Shown here: positions 25,266 to 42,375 of the stretch, one piece after another | How the letters are laid out: each line of letters opens with the position of its first letter | Numbering within the stretch: the stretch's first letter is position 1 | From: Tubiluchus corallicola | Taxonomy: Eukaryota > Animalia > Priapulida | Reading direction: 5' to 3' | DNA: 64,000 nucleotides | Assembly (NCBI GenBank): GCA_030141605.1 | Contig: JAQGDQ010000589.1 | Coordinates: forward strand, 62,001-126,000 | Notes under the pieces: generated by a model | Seen by the model: the letters and a program-made list of their open reading frames with translations, nothing else | Told to the model about the DNA's origin: nothing | The model's database searches: none | Translations under genes and position numbers: made by a program

Positions 25266-26204
25266 CTGCTAAAGCAAAGAAGTATGAAAGTCTGAAGACA
25301 TTAACTAAACCTGCCAGTGGAAAGTAAAATAGTCCTTAGGACAAACTTAATATTTCACGTATCGCACCATCTCGAGTGACAAAACTAATCGCATTTTTTA
25401 TTTCTCATACATCGCTATAAGTTTTTATTTGATGAAATTTGCAGTATGGTAGATTATTGGGACTGTTATTTTCCGCGAAGACATGTTAGGGCATATTGTT
25501 GCATGGCAGGGAAAAGGCTACACAGTGTTGCAACAATGCGGGTATTAAATGTTTACATTGTTAAGTATTATTCTATGTAGTAATGTAATCAATTGTATAG
25601 CAATGGAAAAGATGAATTGCCCATCATGGTGTACTAGCTCTCCAAATGGCAACCATATTGCAAGATCCATAGTTTGTAAACGTAAACTGGAGATGTATAA
25701 GAAACAAAAACGCCAATTAGAATTTGTTCCCCGAGATGGTACTAAAGTTTGCACTGGCTCATGCACAAGGACTAGTAGCATGACAAGTAACCAAGACTTG
25801 TTATTCAATAGTAATATATTCACTAAAATCAAAAATTCGCAATCTTCCAAGTTCAAAACCTCGTGGAATAACTAAGGATTACTCCCTTATTGAGTTTTTT
25901 CTGCACTACTGGAAATGCCCAACTGCCCAGGATTCTCATAGACCATAATGGAAATAACATGTATGTATCACATGTTTTTAGGTATCCAAGGAAAAATAAA
26001 GTTATATTTTAGTCTCTTCCTGATTAGATTAATAAACCCTCAATAGTAAAAATTGTGAGTCCGAGACCTTTCATGCACAGATCATCGCAAATGATGTCAT
26101 TGTCGGAGACGTAGCCTCCTCGGTAATATACACATCCGTTATACCACCAAAATAAACAGTAAATTAACCAAACCCCAGAAAAATGAATTTTTTGTATTGC
26201 GCAT

Positions 26205-26600
26205 AAACCCACAACAACAATAACCCACACTACAATACACCCCGACACCACACACAGCACACCACACCACACCAAACTTACCCGCTGCACTACTCGCAAT
26301 GCACCACAAACACCACATAACACCTGCCACCCACACCATACCACACAACCCACATCACACCACACCAGGCCAGTCTGCACCACACCACCCACACCATACC
26401 AGTCCACCACATTACCCACACCACGTTACGCACATTACACGACAGCTCCCACTCCATGCCAACATGTCATACCACCCACACTGTGCAACACTCCCCACAG
26501 CACACTCACCATACCCACTATACCATACCACACCACATCAAATCCACTATGTCTATGACACCTACATCACCTACACCAACATCACAGCAGAATAGCAAGA
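26205..26600. repeat. Degenerate CACCA-rich tract (intronic); inverted homologue of 118-545
   Basis: Seen directly; shares a flank at ~26784 with the start of the window. Confidence 0.7.
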
Positions 26601-27039
26601 CCATGCAAGCATTTTGCACAAAGTTGAAACTGTTTGTTTATGAAAAACGCTATTTGTGCCAGTCACCGATTATCAGTAATGCACAGATATTTTAAAGGGC
26701 TTGCTCACTGCGTTTCTGATGATAATAAGCTAACAGTTGTAACTTACATTTACATATTGAGTACATTAGAATGACAGTTAAAGACAATGCCTGGAACAGC
26801 CGCAAAAATTCTCAGGTTCAAAACCAATGTTCAAAATGTAGCGTGCAGCACTTGGGGTTTGAAAGGGAAGTTCGAAACACACCCTACCCGTTTCGTTTAG
26901 TGGACCTTTCTCCCAAAAATCCTTCACATCTTGTAGACCACTTTCTCCTTTTCTGCGAATGTTTTTAATTTTTCTCAATGTAAACCTGCCTTGTCCCGGC
27001 CAAGTCACACTTGACTCATTCACACAGGATTATGATACC

Positions 27040-27350
27040 AAGGCTCGAGTTCTCAGTTACAGTGTAACCAGTAAGATGAATTGGATGGCTGTACGTGAAC
27101 TGAGAATCAACATTGATCATCAGAGCTTCTGGACAGAACGCAGTATTGTTCTCAGTTACATATGCAATACAGAAAGACGCTTTAAGACGTTTGTTGCAAA
27201 AAGGCTAACTGCAGTCCACAGATGTTCTGAGCCTTCTCAGTGACATCATGTGTCCAATGAAAATAATGTAGCCAATCTTGTGTCGAGTGATTGCTCGCAA
27301 AACGAGAGGGACTAAAAGGTCCTGATATCTTGTGACTGACAAGTGATAAA
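27040..27350 (+). pseudogene. BEL/Pao pol fragment (RNase H C-terminal part), intronic
   Basis: SFWTERSIVLSYICNTERRFKTFVAKRLTAVHRCSEPSQ*HHV matches the BEL pattern 'WTDS.IVL..I....RFK.FVANR...I......QW.HV'. Confidence 0.75.
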
Positions 27351-27863
27351 TGAGAAGAATTCAAGTTCGACAAGTCTGATGAGTTAATGGAAATAAAGTG
27401 GAGGAGAGAGGAAAAGCAGGAAGGTTCTTCGAACACATGTCCAACACCTGGTATAGCTCATTCAGTATCATTTCACATTTACAACGTAAATGCCTTCAGG
27501 GCGAAACCAATTCTTTATGAAACCTTAATTTTTCAGATACTCTGAGGGTGTTCACGCTGTTTGTCATGGTCCGGGCAAGTACCATGAACCCACCACAGAA
27601 TAGACCTCATTGTTTGTGAAATTACAACACAACAGGTCATTTTGGTCAAGAATATGATGTGGCCAAGCTTATAGCGAAATATTGGATCGTTAATGGTTTT
27701 AAACCTCTTTTGATCTCAATTAGCGAAATGTGATCCGTTGGTAAATTAAACATCCGCTGTGCAGCAGGTGTCTCTTCACGACACGTACAAAAGACATGCT
27801 GTATCATTTGAACGTGGCGCAAAGAGACACCTGTTGCACACTTGTTACACAACATATATGTAC

Positions 27864-28022
27864 CTAAAATAGGAAGATCACTGTAAATAGACCCCGTCAT
27901 AATTCCCGTAGTTAATTCCAACAGGTATCTCATCCATGTGTTACCAGAACCAGGACAGCTCGCTAGAGCCACACCAGGATTCGTATATTTCTCATCAATC
28001 ACCACGGTGTTACAGAGTTCAT
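27864..28022 (-). CDS. WSCD-family sulfotransferase exon with the PAPS 5'-phosphosulfate loop
   Basis: ttcattacag| ... G|gtacat; 159 nt, phase 1-1; encodes [32 protein letters not shown]. Confidence 0.85.
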
Positions 28023-29507
28023 CTGTAATGAAATCAGTACAGAGTTAAAAAAACTTAACAAGAAACGTAATTGGAAGCAGTTTATAGCCTGTGAAAACAT
28101 TTTCTGCTGCCTTCACAATGAAATTTTCATTTTCAAATTTATTTTTCCTCACTTACGTCACAAGTAAATCTGTCAAATTTAAAGGCTATCATTAAAAAGA
28201 AGAATTTTCTATTAATTAAAGAATGTGGTGCACACAGATTCGTGTGCAGCTTGGCTTGACATTCCAGTCTATATACGAAATTTCAATTAAAATAAAAAAT
28301 ACGACATAAAACAATTAATGTGACTGGTCTAAAAGAGGAAATGCAAATTTGCACTGAATGAGTTGATGAAAGTGGAATGTAAAAAAAGAAAAGTGAAGAT
28401 ATTTGTAAGTTGACTGGTGTGGGATCCGGGGTAAAAACTGGGAATCACCTTTTACTGAAAGAAAGTGAAACATATGTTCACATAATTATGTTCTAGGTCC
28501 AGAAATCTATTTCTAGGTTTTTGGGAAGAAAAAAGACATCGATTGTAAACAAAACATTAATGACAGCAAATGAGTTACAAAAGGGACATGTTGAAAAAAT
28601 GGACAATGTTTGAGCAAAATATAGTTTAGAAAACTTACTTGGTATTACAAAAAACCACAAAGTATATAATTGTGTAAATTGCACCAGACTAAATATAGAA
28701 CAATTTTGAATATCTGTGTAACGACTTTTAAATTTTATGAGTAGGTTGTCATCACATTTATCCAAGTGCTTAATATCATACACGATTAATATTTTTTGTT
28801 CTCGAAAAGGTACTGCGATTATTCTGCTTCTTTTAGAAAACCTGAAGACGCTTTCAGGGGTGGATGATTCGATAACTAAGGTTTTTCGCCACCCCTTCCC
28901 ATTTGTTTGGCTTTTTTTAAATAATATCTATTTTTCTTTGTATTGATATTGGGATGAAAAATAAATGATTTGATTTTGATTTTTGATTTCGATTTATCTG
29001 AAAAACTTGTAAAAACTCTAAATTTGAAGTACAGGTAAGACCAACAGTACATTTATGGGACTACTATTGTTATTTGTATGTTGACAATATTATTGAAAAA
29101 TGTACTTTTAATACTGACAGCAGAACGAAAGCGGAAAAATGGTTGATTCATGAGACACTCTACACCCAACCCATTAACACATAATTGCAGTTTACTACTT
29201 GTGTAAATCCTGTTGAAAAGCTTTTACCCATGTATGTGGAAAACCTGTTTCATTACATTTATGATGTAACTTATTTAAGGGGTAGCACCCATGACAATAC
29301 GAGTGTCAAGCAGAATGAAGACAAAATTGCCGTTGGTCAGTCGTGGGAAGCTTTAGAGGAACTTCATAATACATAGCGACGTGCATTAACACAGATTTCT
29401 CTTATCTTTTCACTGTAATGAATTTTTATATGTAACGCGCATTATTTTTCATTTTCCATTAAAAAAATTAAATATTATTGCCCAGTGAATTTATTGCACT
29501 AATTTAA

Positions 29508-29551
<44 letters not shown>

Positions 29552-31148
29552 TTTTGGTTTTTATCCTAACAGCACAAGCTGGCCGACTTCAGTATAATCA
29601 CTGATAAAGATAATCACCAATTTTCTCTATGCCATCAATGGTCGACAGACGTCGTGATTTGAGAAGGTAGGTTACAGTACACTTTGATGTACCAGACTTC
29701 ATAAACTGTTTTACTTCATCTCTTCGTGGTTTAATGATGTATGAGCAAAAACAGCTTTGCGATGACGCCTCCCAAGTAGCAAACTTTACATATGTAACTC
29801 TAGATATATATAGTAATCAGGTGAACAACTGAAAAATTACCGTAAATGCGAGAATGTCTGTACCAATTTCTTATACGTCTACTACTTTTTTAATTGTAGA
29901 CAATATAGGAGCATAATATTAGTTTACAGAGTTTAATTTAGTTGTCTCATATGAGATAGTTGTGATGTAGAGAACCTAGTCTTTGTTATATTAGACACAA
30001 ATCACTAGCCGGTGCACTTCAGCTATGGGAAAAGTAAGGCAATTACTTCCTAAAACCGTTGTAACAATTTAGATTAAGATTTTTAAGCAGACCATGGTTT
30101 CGCCAGCAACTGTCATTACTATAAATCAAGCCATGACAAATAATTAACACTTCATAATGACACTACATGCAAGGTACAAATATAGCTACAATATCAAAAG
30201 AGTGAAATTTAAATGGTCATAATGCAAGTGCAAATAACTGGTATTACATAATTGCGTTTTACGTAGTTATGCAATGCAATTATGTAAAGATGTGTTTATT
30301 CTCCTAAGATTCATAACAGTGATGACAGGTTTTTCCCATATTGCATACATTGCTTCCGTTAGATTAATTGTTTGTGTAGTTGTGATCTTTGCCTGAATAT
30401 CATGTATAAGGTACAATTTTATACATTTTCTTTTAGATTTTCATATGAGTCTTATTCCAGTTATTTCCACACGTATTTAAGTTTCACACTTGTGATTTTG
30501 TGCCTTAGATGTAAAGTCGTAAGTGTGTTAATAGTTAAATTGCAACGATGATGACGGTCCATTATTTTTGCACTGTTTTAAGGTTTTTGAACGTGTTTAG
30601 TTAGTGTGAGCGTGACTGAAACACGAGATTTTAAACAGAACGGTAGGACGTAAAATGGCAGAAAGTCACGATAAAAGACGAACAAGACTGACGGTCCTTA
30701 TGAAGTTGAAGTATGTAGCCTGACTCGAGAAACAGGCCAGTTTGCCAAAACTTCACAAAACTGTCGTCAAGTGGTCATAACATGTGACGTACATACGCAA
30801 ATTTGTTGTAAATTATTCATGATGTTCTTCAAAATTTCAGAATCCGCAAAAAATTGGCTAACATTTTGGGACGGTTTTGAGAATGTTATGACGACTTGGT
30901 GACAAAATTTTAGTTTGTGACATTTTGGTGAATCTCGCTTGTCTTGCAAAAATTCCGTGAAGTTATTGTACAATGATCGCTCGGAATTCACAAACATGTA
31001 GCAAAGTCGTGCAGGAATAATTTGCTTGAAAATTTTCGATCGTCGCAAAAAATTCGCGGTTCCGTGAAAACCTGGCTTAATTGTCTGAAGGTACAACATT
31101 ATACTGCTGCAAGATATTTCTCAGAATATAGGAAACGGGACACACACA

Positions 31149-31201
<53 letters not shown>

Positions 31202-32499
31202 GCTCTATCCTGGCTATATCTGCATTCTTGTTCTGCATTTTTTGTTATTTTTTGTGTTTGCCCTATAATCTAAATCTAGTCTATAATCTATAATCTAATA
31301 TCATGATTAAATTTTTGCAGTCTTGTAGGACCAACATTGGTTAGGGTTTGACCCGTACTTGAAAATTTTGACGAAAAATGCCATAGCTAATAACTTTTTG
31401 AGGTAATAATGATGACATTAAGTAAAATCAACTTACACATTTTGACATAAAGCTATGCATTCATTCAGCCTGGCTGTCTTGTGGGTGGGGCTTACGCCGC
31501 TCATGCTTAAACAAAGACGATTCAAAAGTGAAGCTGAAATGAAAAAAAATCTATACATACATGTGCCCTGAATTCGAAACCCGTATCATTCTTTTTCGTT
31601 CACAACAGTAGCTCTTAAACTTCTCTTGCGTCCTTTCAAAGTTTTACAACAAAATTAGCGAGAGGGTACGTAAATGTCGCTAAGATATGTTAATATAAAT
31701 TTGATAATATTCAGTGATATTTTAACATTATTTTTAATATGTAGATTAACTCCTTCAGGAACGCACCACTGATAAAACTATGACTTTTTTGCTGCCGTAT
31801 GAGCACAGACATGACTAAATGATAACAAATTAGGTGCCGTTCTATTTAAGAGAATCTCAGCTATACAATCATGCTATGTGTTTAAGTTTTTGTAAGTGAC
31901 ATAATTGGATAAATTTAAGAAAAAAACATGCCTTTTTCAAATTATCCTGTCGAGTAGCTTAGTCTGGTGTACACTTTCGCGATCGTACATAGTACTTTAT
32001 TGATCGCCTGCATGTTACAGCCCATGAGAACTGTCTGCCGCTAAGGACAAATTAAGGTCTTCTCATCTTTTAATGTGAATTTCTCCTTAAAATAGAGCAG
32101 ATTCTTGTGTCCGTATAGTTGAAATTTTGCACATTAGCCGATGTCACACTAATGATGCTGTGTATTTGCTGTAGTGCAAACACTACAGTTACTGAAAGCT
32201 TTTTCCAATTTTTTCCTTAAAAATCGATTTCTAATTTGTCTAAGGTAAGTAAGTGGATTTCATTTATAATTTTAGATGAAAATCCATTTTGTGTGGAGTA
32301 GAAACCTACAAAAATTATCAAATATAAGGTAATCGCTGCTTAGTAAGAGCAGTTGTCCATAAACCCGTGCAATGCAGCGCTTGCATCGGCAGTAAAGCTG
32401 TACAAAACTAGTAAATCTAAACTCCGTTAAGTGCAGCCAATTTAATGGTAGATCGTTTGAAACAAGTTTAGATATCATTGCGTGAAGTTTGAAAAAATA

Positions 32500-32850
32500 C
32501 TCAGAGCATTCATAGCGCAGTTGTTCCTAAATAAGTAAAATTTCAAATTACTGTATCTTGTCAATAATATTAAAAGTACGTTTTTGGTTTACGAGTGGCG
32601 AACCCTGGCGGATGAGTCAGCGACATTTTGCCAATTGGCAGGTACATGTCTTTCTTGCATGTAAGCGAAAGGTCAAGTAATATAGATTTGCACGGAAGGT
32701 TTTTTTGGACGTTCGCGTATATGACGTCATGTAGTGGCGTCGTCGGAAGAGTTTTGCGGGAAATTTAAAATAAAATGCCGTAAAGTAATGTAACATCTTA
32801 AGGCGATTTTTGAAACCCACTCCAGGCATCCCTTTTCTTGTTTTTAGAGT
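32500..32850. repeat. Diverged partial copy of family A (homologous to ~34850-35270 and, inverted, 5950-6120)
   Basis: Shares gagtgg..caccctgg, cgacatttt.ccaatt, gggaaatttaaaat, aaggcgattttt and ccccttttcttgt. Confidence 0.7.
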
Positions 32851-33809
32851 GCATTTGACTATTAAGTCGACAGGATCGTCTGCGCTTAATACACATTTTT
32901 ATTCCTAAAAGCTGGTTCCTACATGCAGTTAATATTAAATTGGTAAAACAAAGAAAGTCAAATAAATAATATCATTCGTTAAGGACAAATGATATACATA
33001 AATACTATATGTGCTTGCAAACCAAAACAGTCCACAAGTCAGCATTCTTACTGTAGCTGATCCTACCAGAAACAGTTTTTCTAGTAATCTCACAGACAAA
33101 AATTCTACATTTAACAACGTTGGGCAAAGCGTTTCATCAAGGCCAGGCATTTTTTATATATTGCCAGGTAAACTGAGGTGCTTTATGGTTCCTACATTCA
33201 ATATTAATGCAATAAGCTACTTTGAACGTGACTTGATAAAAATCTACGTCCCACCAGTAACATGTCTGATGTATCTATTGGGACATCTATAGAGACTTCT
33301 TCAGTAACAGCTAGAATTACCTGTCCACACACTTACGCTGGCTGTAGAAAGGAGATTCACACTTTAACTGAGATGTCTCTTGAAGCAGTTGGACAACAAT
33401 CTTGTGATGGTCTGGTTGCCAGGAAACAGTGGCTTATTTGTAGGACTTTTAATAAGGATATTAGTGGGCAGATTTTTCAGCAAACTTTATTTAATGTAGC
33501 ATAATCTTTTCTTGTGTGTTATCACATTTCTGTTTTATGTTGAACACATTAAATACTTTTATCTCTTGCCATATCAGTACACAATCTACATATGTCTACA
33601 CAATCTATAATCTTTGAGTAAACACTATATAGGACTAACTTTAAAGCATTAATAAACGTAAAATATATAGCTAAACATAACAGCGATACGTGTATAAATA
33701 CATTTTTTTTAATTTTAGAGACATGTCTTCCTCATATTCAAGACCACAATTCCGCGTGCAATAATTATTAATCAATTTCAACTACAGGCGAGAGTTGCTA
33801 GATAATGTT

Positions 33810-37020
<3,211 letters not shown>

Positions 37021-37056
37021 TGAGTCATCTTCTCCCTGAATATATCCTGTATTTTC

Positions 37057-37392
<336 letters not shown>

Positions 37393-37394
37393 AG

Positions 37395-38400
37395 ACACAA
37401 AGCTTGCGAGTGCTCACCGTTGTCACCCATTCTGCAATATTATGAGATCCATCGATCCATATCCACTCATCAAGTTTCCCTTCTTCTGAAAGTTTAGATG
37501 CAGATTGTATTTCTCCAAAACGCACTCCCACATAGCAATCGAATCTACTGCTTGATTTTGTAGCATCCCCAAAACTGTTTTGAGTCAAGAGATGCAAAAC
37601 CTCTGTGAAATTGTATCGCATTTCACTTTCAATGAATTTCCTTATTCGTTTGCCCACTAGAGCACCTGAATTTCCTTATTCGTTTGCCCACTAGAGCACC
37701 ATTTAGTTCAAGTCTTGGGATCGTGTTGTGCTTCAGCGGAGCAATTTTACCCTTTGCCATTATAGGCTGACTCTTACTACCTCCAGCAGTTAATTCCCAA
37801 TAGGCGACAGCACCAAATCCTGTCTCACTAGCATCTGAAAGTATGATCAGCATCGGATCACCAACAGTTTCTCTTGGCTGCAAGCATCTTGGGAATGATA
37901 AACTCTGAACATCATAGAGTTCTTGAGAAAATTAAAAGAACTTCTCCCGCAGATCCAATGGCAATGCATCATCCCAGCCAAGTTTGTTAACCCAAGTTTC
38001 CCTTAGCAGTATCTTACTCTTCATGGTGACTGGAGTAAGAAAACCACATGGGTCAAACAGTGACATGACTTGGCTCATGACCATCCGTCTTGTCAAAATG
38101 GTGGCATTTCTCTTGCTAAATCCTCGCGACATATGTCTATACCTATTAGTACTTTCCTCCACCTTTTTGTGAAATTGATCTTTGCATGAAATTTGAATTT
38201 GTCCACCACTGAGTCCCACACAACTCCCAACACTCGACCTTCCTCTTCTGAATTTGCAATCACTTTGACCGAAGAGTCTTCTTCTGTAGTTGCTTCACCA
38301 GAAAAACGCCAACACTTCACTTTAAAATTTCCTCTTTTCAAAATATCTTCCTGTTCTTCTGAAAGCCAAAGTTCACAAATGCTACTGTTAAAAATGGTGA
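37395..38400 (-). mobile_element. BEL/Pao LTR-retrotransposon pol remnant (end of RT, Pao peptidase_A17/RNase H region)
   Basis: RVLGVVWD; LTRRMVMSQVMSLFDPCGFLTPV..KILLRETW..KLGWDDALP; LSDASETGFGAVAY; AKGKIAPLK.NTIPRLELNGAL. A 34-bp tandem duplication lies at ~37633-37700. Confidence 0.9.
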
Positions 38401-40597
38401 CCACTTTTGCTGATTTCTTTCTTGTTTCGAAAATAAAGATGTTAAAATTTTTGTCATAGAAAGTATTTTGCTATAGAAGGTAAGATCTTTGTGCCTGAAT
38501 TAAATGTTTCGGTCTGTAATAAAACAACTTTGTGTTTGTACACACAAAATGACATGGAAGGGCAAAAGGCCTCAGCTTATAAGGTCCTATTGCTATATGT
38601 GGAGCAATCACTAAATATAGTTCGAACTTATAAATACTTAGGCAGTGACTTTTGTACTTCTGGTTCATTTTTTCATTTTAATTGGGTAAAGGTAATTGAA
38701 CTACCATACAATTGTTATGTTGGCCAATCATATCGTGCAAATAAAGCAATATCTTAATAATCAGAACTTCACTAGTTCTACATAACTACATAACTTTTAA
38801 ATCCCATATAAATTAGAAAACTACTTGTTGTCAGGTTTCTGCATTTTCTAATTTAGTCTATATTTATCTTGATTTATCTCATTGTTCGACTATTTTCTTA
38901 TCTTGTGTAACTTGAGCTTGGGTCATTTCATTTGGTTTTGATTTGTTTTTGCTTAGCTTCACTGTATGTTGTACAAATTTGAGTTTCATACATGAATTCA
39001 CTTCCATAAATTTATTATCGCTCAACATTTGCTTCTTACATTAATTGTTGTCTATTGGGACAAACAATAAATGATTTGATTTTGATTTGATCTGTGAGAA
39101 TCATGTGGTGTATTACACCTTGATGATTGATCATGTCCATTGTCACAGATACACCTAAACAAAAAATAAATATCTGGTTGCACCTTGAACATAGAATACT
39201 GAATAATAAAGCGATGCCTAGAATGCAATGATGCAATAAGCTTTCTACAAAATTTTGAAAGAACAATAACTCTAAATATACTTGCTCTATAATGAAGCTT
39301 GGTGCAACAACCATCATTTTTCTGTCATCTTGACCTGCACTCACCACTAGGGGTCTATAATTCGGGTTTATAAATTATAAACTATTTTTGCACGTATGTG
39401 TACAACACTGTTGGAGAGATCAAATGATATACGATTACAGCAGACAATTATTCATTTAAACAAAGAAGATGGACTGGGAACTTGATGAAGAAACTTGCAA
39501 TCATTTTTTTGTAAAATGTAGACAATGTTCACTTCAGTAACAAAATTGAACAAACAGTCATAAAAATTAGCAACATGATACTGTAGAAATTTTGTAATCT
39601 TCAACATTACTGTCATCCTTTATTGCATCCTTTAACATTGCTGTCTAGATCAACAGAAACTTGCATGCCTGAGCGAAGTGAGCTGCCATCACATGACCAG
39701 AGATTCAAGTTCCTACTGGAAGGTACATCGCATTCATGCATACAGACCATAACTGGAAAGGTCACCTATACTCTACAGACTACTAGTTAATCCAAAATCA
39801 AAGTCTACTTGGCTTCTTTGATGGCAGAATTAAGATTGTTTGTTTACAGAAAGCTTTGTTATAATGTTATAATTTTTCTCTATTTTAACTTGAATAATAA
39901 GAGAGTTTAGAACCAGAATTACAGCATTAACAATGAAATTAACAATCTAATAACTCTGATTAATGAATATCTACAAAAGCAAAAGTAAACAATATTTAGA
40001 AACAAAATCAATCTCAGACAAACTTTGTACAATTAGAGTAAAACAACGACTGTAGATGGCAGCATTGACTAATTCAGTACTTTAGTGTAGTAGACTGACA
40101 ATTAAATGGGTCACATAATACTACAATCGCGTACTCGGTACAATTAGCACACTTGGCTTCATGGCACGATAGTCTAACTATATGCAGACACTTAAGACGT
40201 TTCAAGCGGGTAGGCAGTACTTAAGTGGCAAATCAGGAACATTCACTGACACCGCCATGCACACAAATAGCCTCATTGCGAAATGAGTCTCAGTGTGCAA
40301 AAAATAAATATTTCTAGTGTGATTCGTGGAACTAATGTTAACGTGGAAGAAATTGTTGCCATTAAGAATCTAGACGAGTAAGAGCACTCGTGCTTTCGTT
40401 AACCTGATTTGCGTATTAATCATACAAAAGCTGATTGAGAAATCTATGCTTGTTAAAACGATCGCTAGAGTTGAATTGAATAACGAAAGAAAATTAAAAT
40501 TTGCGTTTTCAAATACAAAAGTTTGTGTTAACGTTTGACTCTACAAGCTGTTGCAAAAAATTGTGCTTGTGTATATCGTAAGTTTTTGTCAGCCGCA

Positions 40598-40873
40598 ATG
40601 CGTGTATATGATTTTTGTAAAATTAGTCTTATTTGTACTTTGGCTATTTTAATTTTTCATGCTCTCTACGTTTTGAAGTTTGCCGTCGTAACTCAGCCTA
40701 GGTCTAAATGTAGCAACAGTAACAAAGTTGACGTACCATCGCATGGTACCTGCAACGAACAAAAATTTGTTGGCATGAAAAACATGGTGGGATACGTGAA
40801 CCAGTCTGAGCTGCTTTCTGTATCAAGACTATTAACTACAGGGAGTAACAGCAGAAAAACCAGAGGCTCTAAT
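40598..40873 (+). CDS. Putative first coding exon of a type II membrane protein (signal anchor plus stem); downstream exons not identified
   Basis: gccgcaATG; MRVYDFCKISLICTLAILIFHALYVLKF hydrophobic anchor, a polar stem, then a phase-0 donor AAT|gtaagc. Confidence 0.5.
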
Positions 40874-41078
40874 GTAAGCAAAAATAATATAATAATTACT
40901 ATAGTTATATAATATTAATTATAATAATGATAGTATTTACACCAAGCAACAACTATAGGATAGCTGTAAGAAGATTTTGAATATTTGCTGAGAAAGAATA
41001 TATTCTTCAGTTATTATATTCCTGTTGTATTTTTATTTTTAGTATCTCCTTTGGTATTGAAAAGAACGCCTAAATATT

Positions 41079-42375
41079 TGTACGGACAGTAGAACGCAGT
41101 GTGTTAAAGATGTGTTTACAAGTAATAGAACAGGTGTTCATTTAGAGAGGAAAAGTTTGTCACAGGTGTTTGAATTTAAGAGAAGCGAAACTGAATTTTA
41201 TAACATGGAGTGGTTAAGAGTATATACCTCCTGTAATGTAATGCGAGTTGCTGGACTATAATTGGGAAGGAGCGGGAATAACCTCATTTCTTGAACAGAA
41301 GTTTATGACCCAAGCTACGCGAAGGACAAAGGCGAAGCGGAGTTTCTCAGGTGAGAGGCTACGCGACCTGGACATCTGGTTGAACTATTGCACCACCTTG
41401 AGCGTCAGCACGCGAGATGATGAAATCTCCGCATGGGTATATAAGATGGTGTTTGACAAGGGCTCAGGGTGAAGAGTCGGCGGCGAGGAGTTGGAACTAA
41501 GTGGTTGTGGGTGAACCACGTGCAGAGAGAGAGAGAGAAGAGACTGGAGAAGCAAAGACAACGTAAGACCAGCGTGGACATCGAATCTGCGTACTCAATG
41601 AATTGAGCACTGGGCTACGAATCAAGTCTTGCAACGGATTTGGAATTGACCAATTGAACAGTCATCATTGGTCATTCCACCAAGTTAAATGAACTTAACG
41701 TATCGTAACTTGAGAGCAACTCTGCATAGTAAATTCACAGTGTAATAGACACCTTAAGTGTGACGTGTGGTTGATTGTAATAATAATATGTTTCACATTG
41801 TAAATTAGCACCTTAAGTGCGAAGTGAGGAAATCGTTAAGGGAAACTGTTTAGTATCTCTGGGAGCTAATTATAAATTGTGATCGTCTTTTGCGATTAAG
41901 TACATATATTGTAATTTAGCAAACTAAGAGTAATTGTTGTAAACAATAAACGGATCTCGCTTAATCATAAATGATTAGTTCGAGTATGCTTAGAGGTGTC
42001 TCAGTTAAGCAACATCGAATTCTGTAAACGAATCTAAGGATTTGCTGTGTACATTAAGTATTCTACGAGTTCAATTGCGGGAACTTTTGCTAGATAGCTT
42101 TAGAGATTAAGACTTTTTCACAACGCGGAGTCGTAGAAACAGTCTTGTGAGAAGGAATTATTGCTCTATAGATTTTATCTTAAGCTCTAGTAGCCGGGTT
42201 ACGAATAACCTTTTAGCAATTAATGTAATAGACGTGAATCCCTCCTTCAGTCTTAAGTCAAGTTTTATACGATCACATGTGTCACATAAGAATCAATATT
42301 AATTAGGGAGATTAATATAGCATATCAAAGAGTGACTAAGATAATAAAGTGATAACTGGTACTCGGATCCAGGAT
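41079..42375 (+). mobile_element. Solo LTR-like element, related to 43635-44915 (boundaries approximate)
   Basis: Motifs shared in the same order with 43635-44915: TATAAG, gagcactgg.gctacg, gcacctt.agtg, tctctgg(g)agcta, AATAAA..cgctt and tatacgatcacat. Possible PBS remnant tggtactcggatcc at ~42357. Confidence 0.5.

Noticed and set aside
32935-33504. Short ORFs as the missing first exon of the WSCD gene or another transferase
   Set aside because: No convincing anchor plus phase-1 donor, and no family motifs.
39660-39725. tRNA/SINE-like heads here and B-box-like motifs at ~13525 and ~48152
   Set aside because: No cloverleaf can be folded; at most these are decayed SINE fragments.
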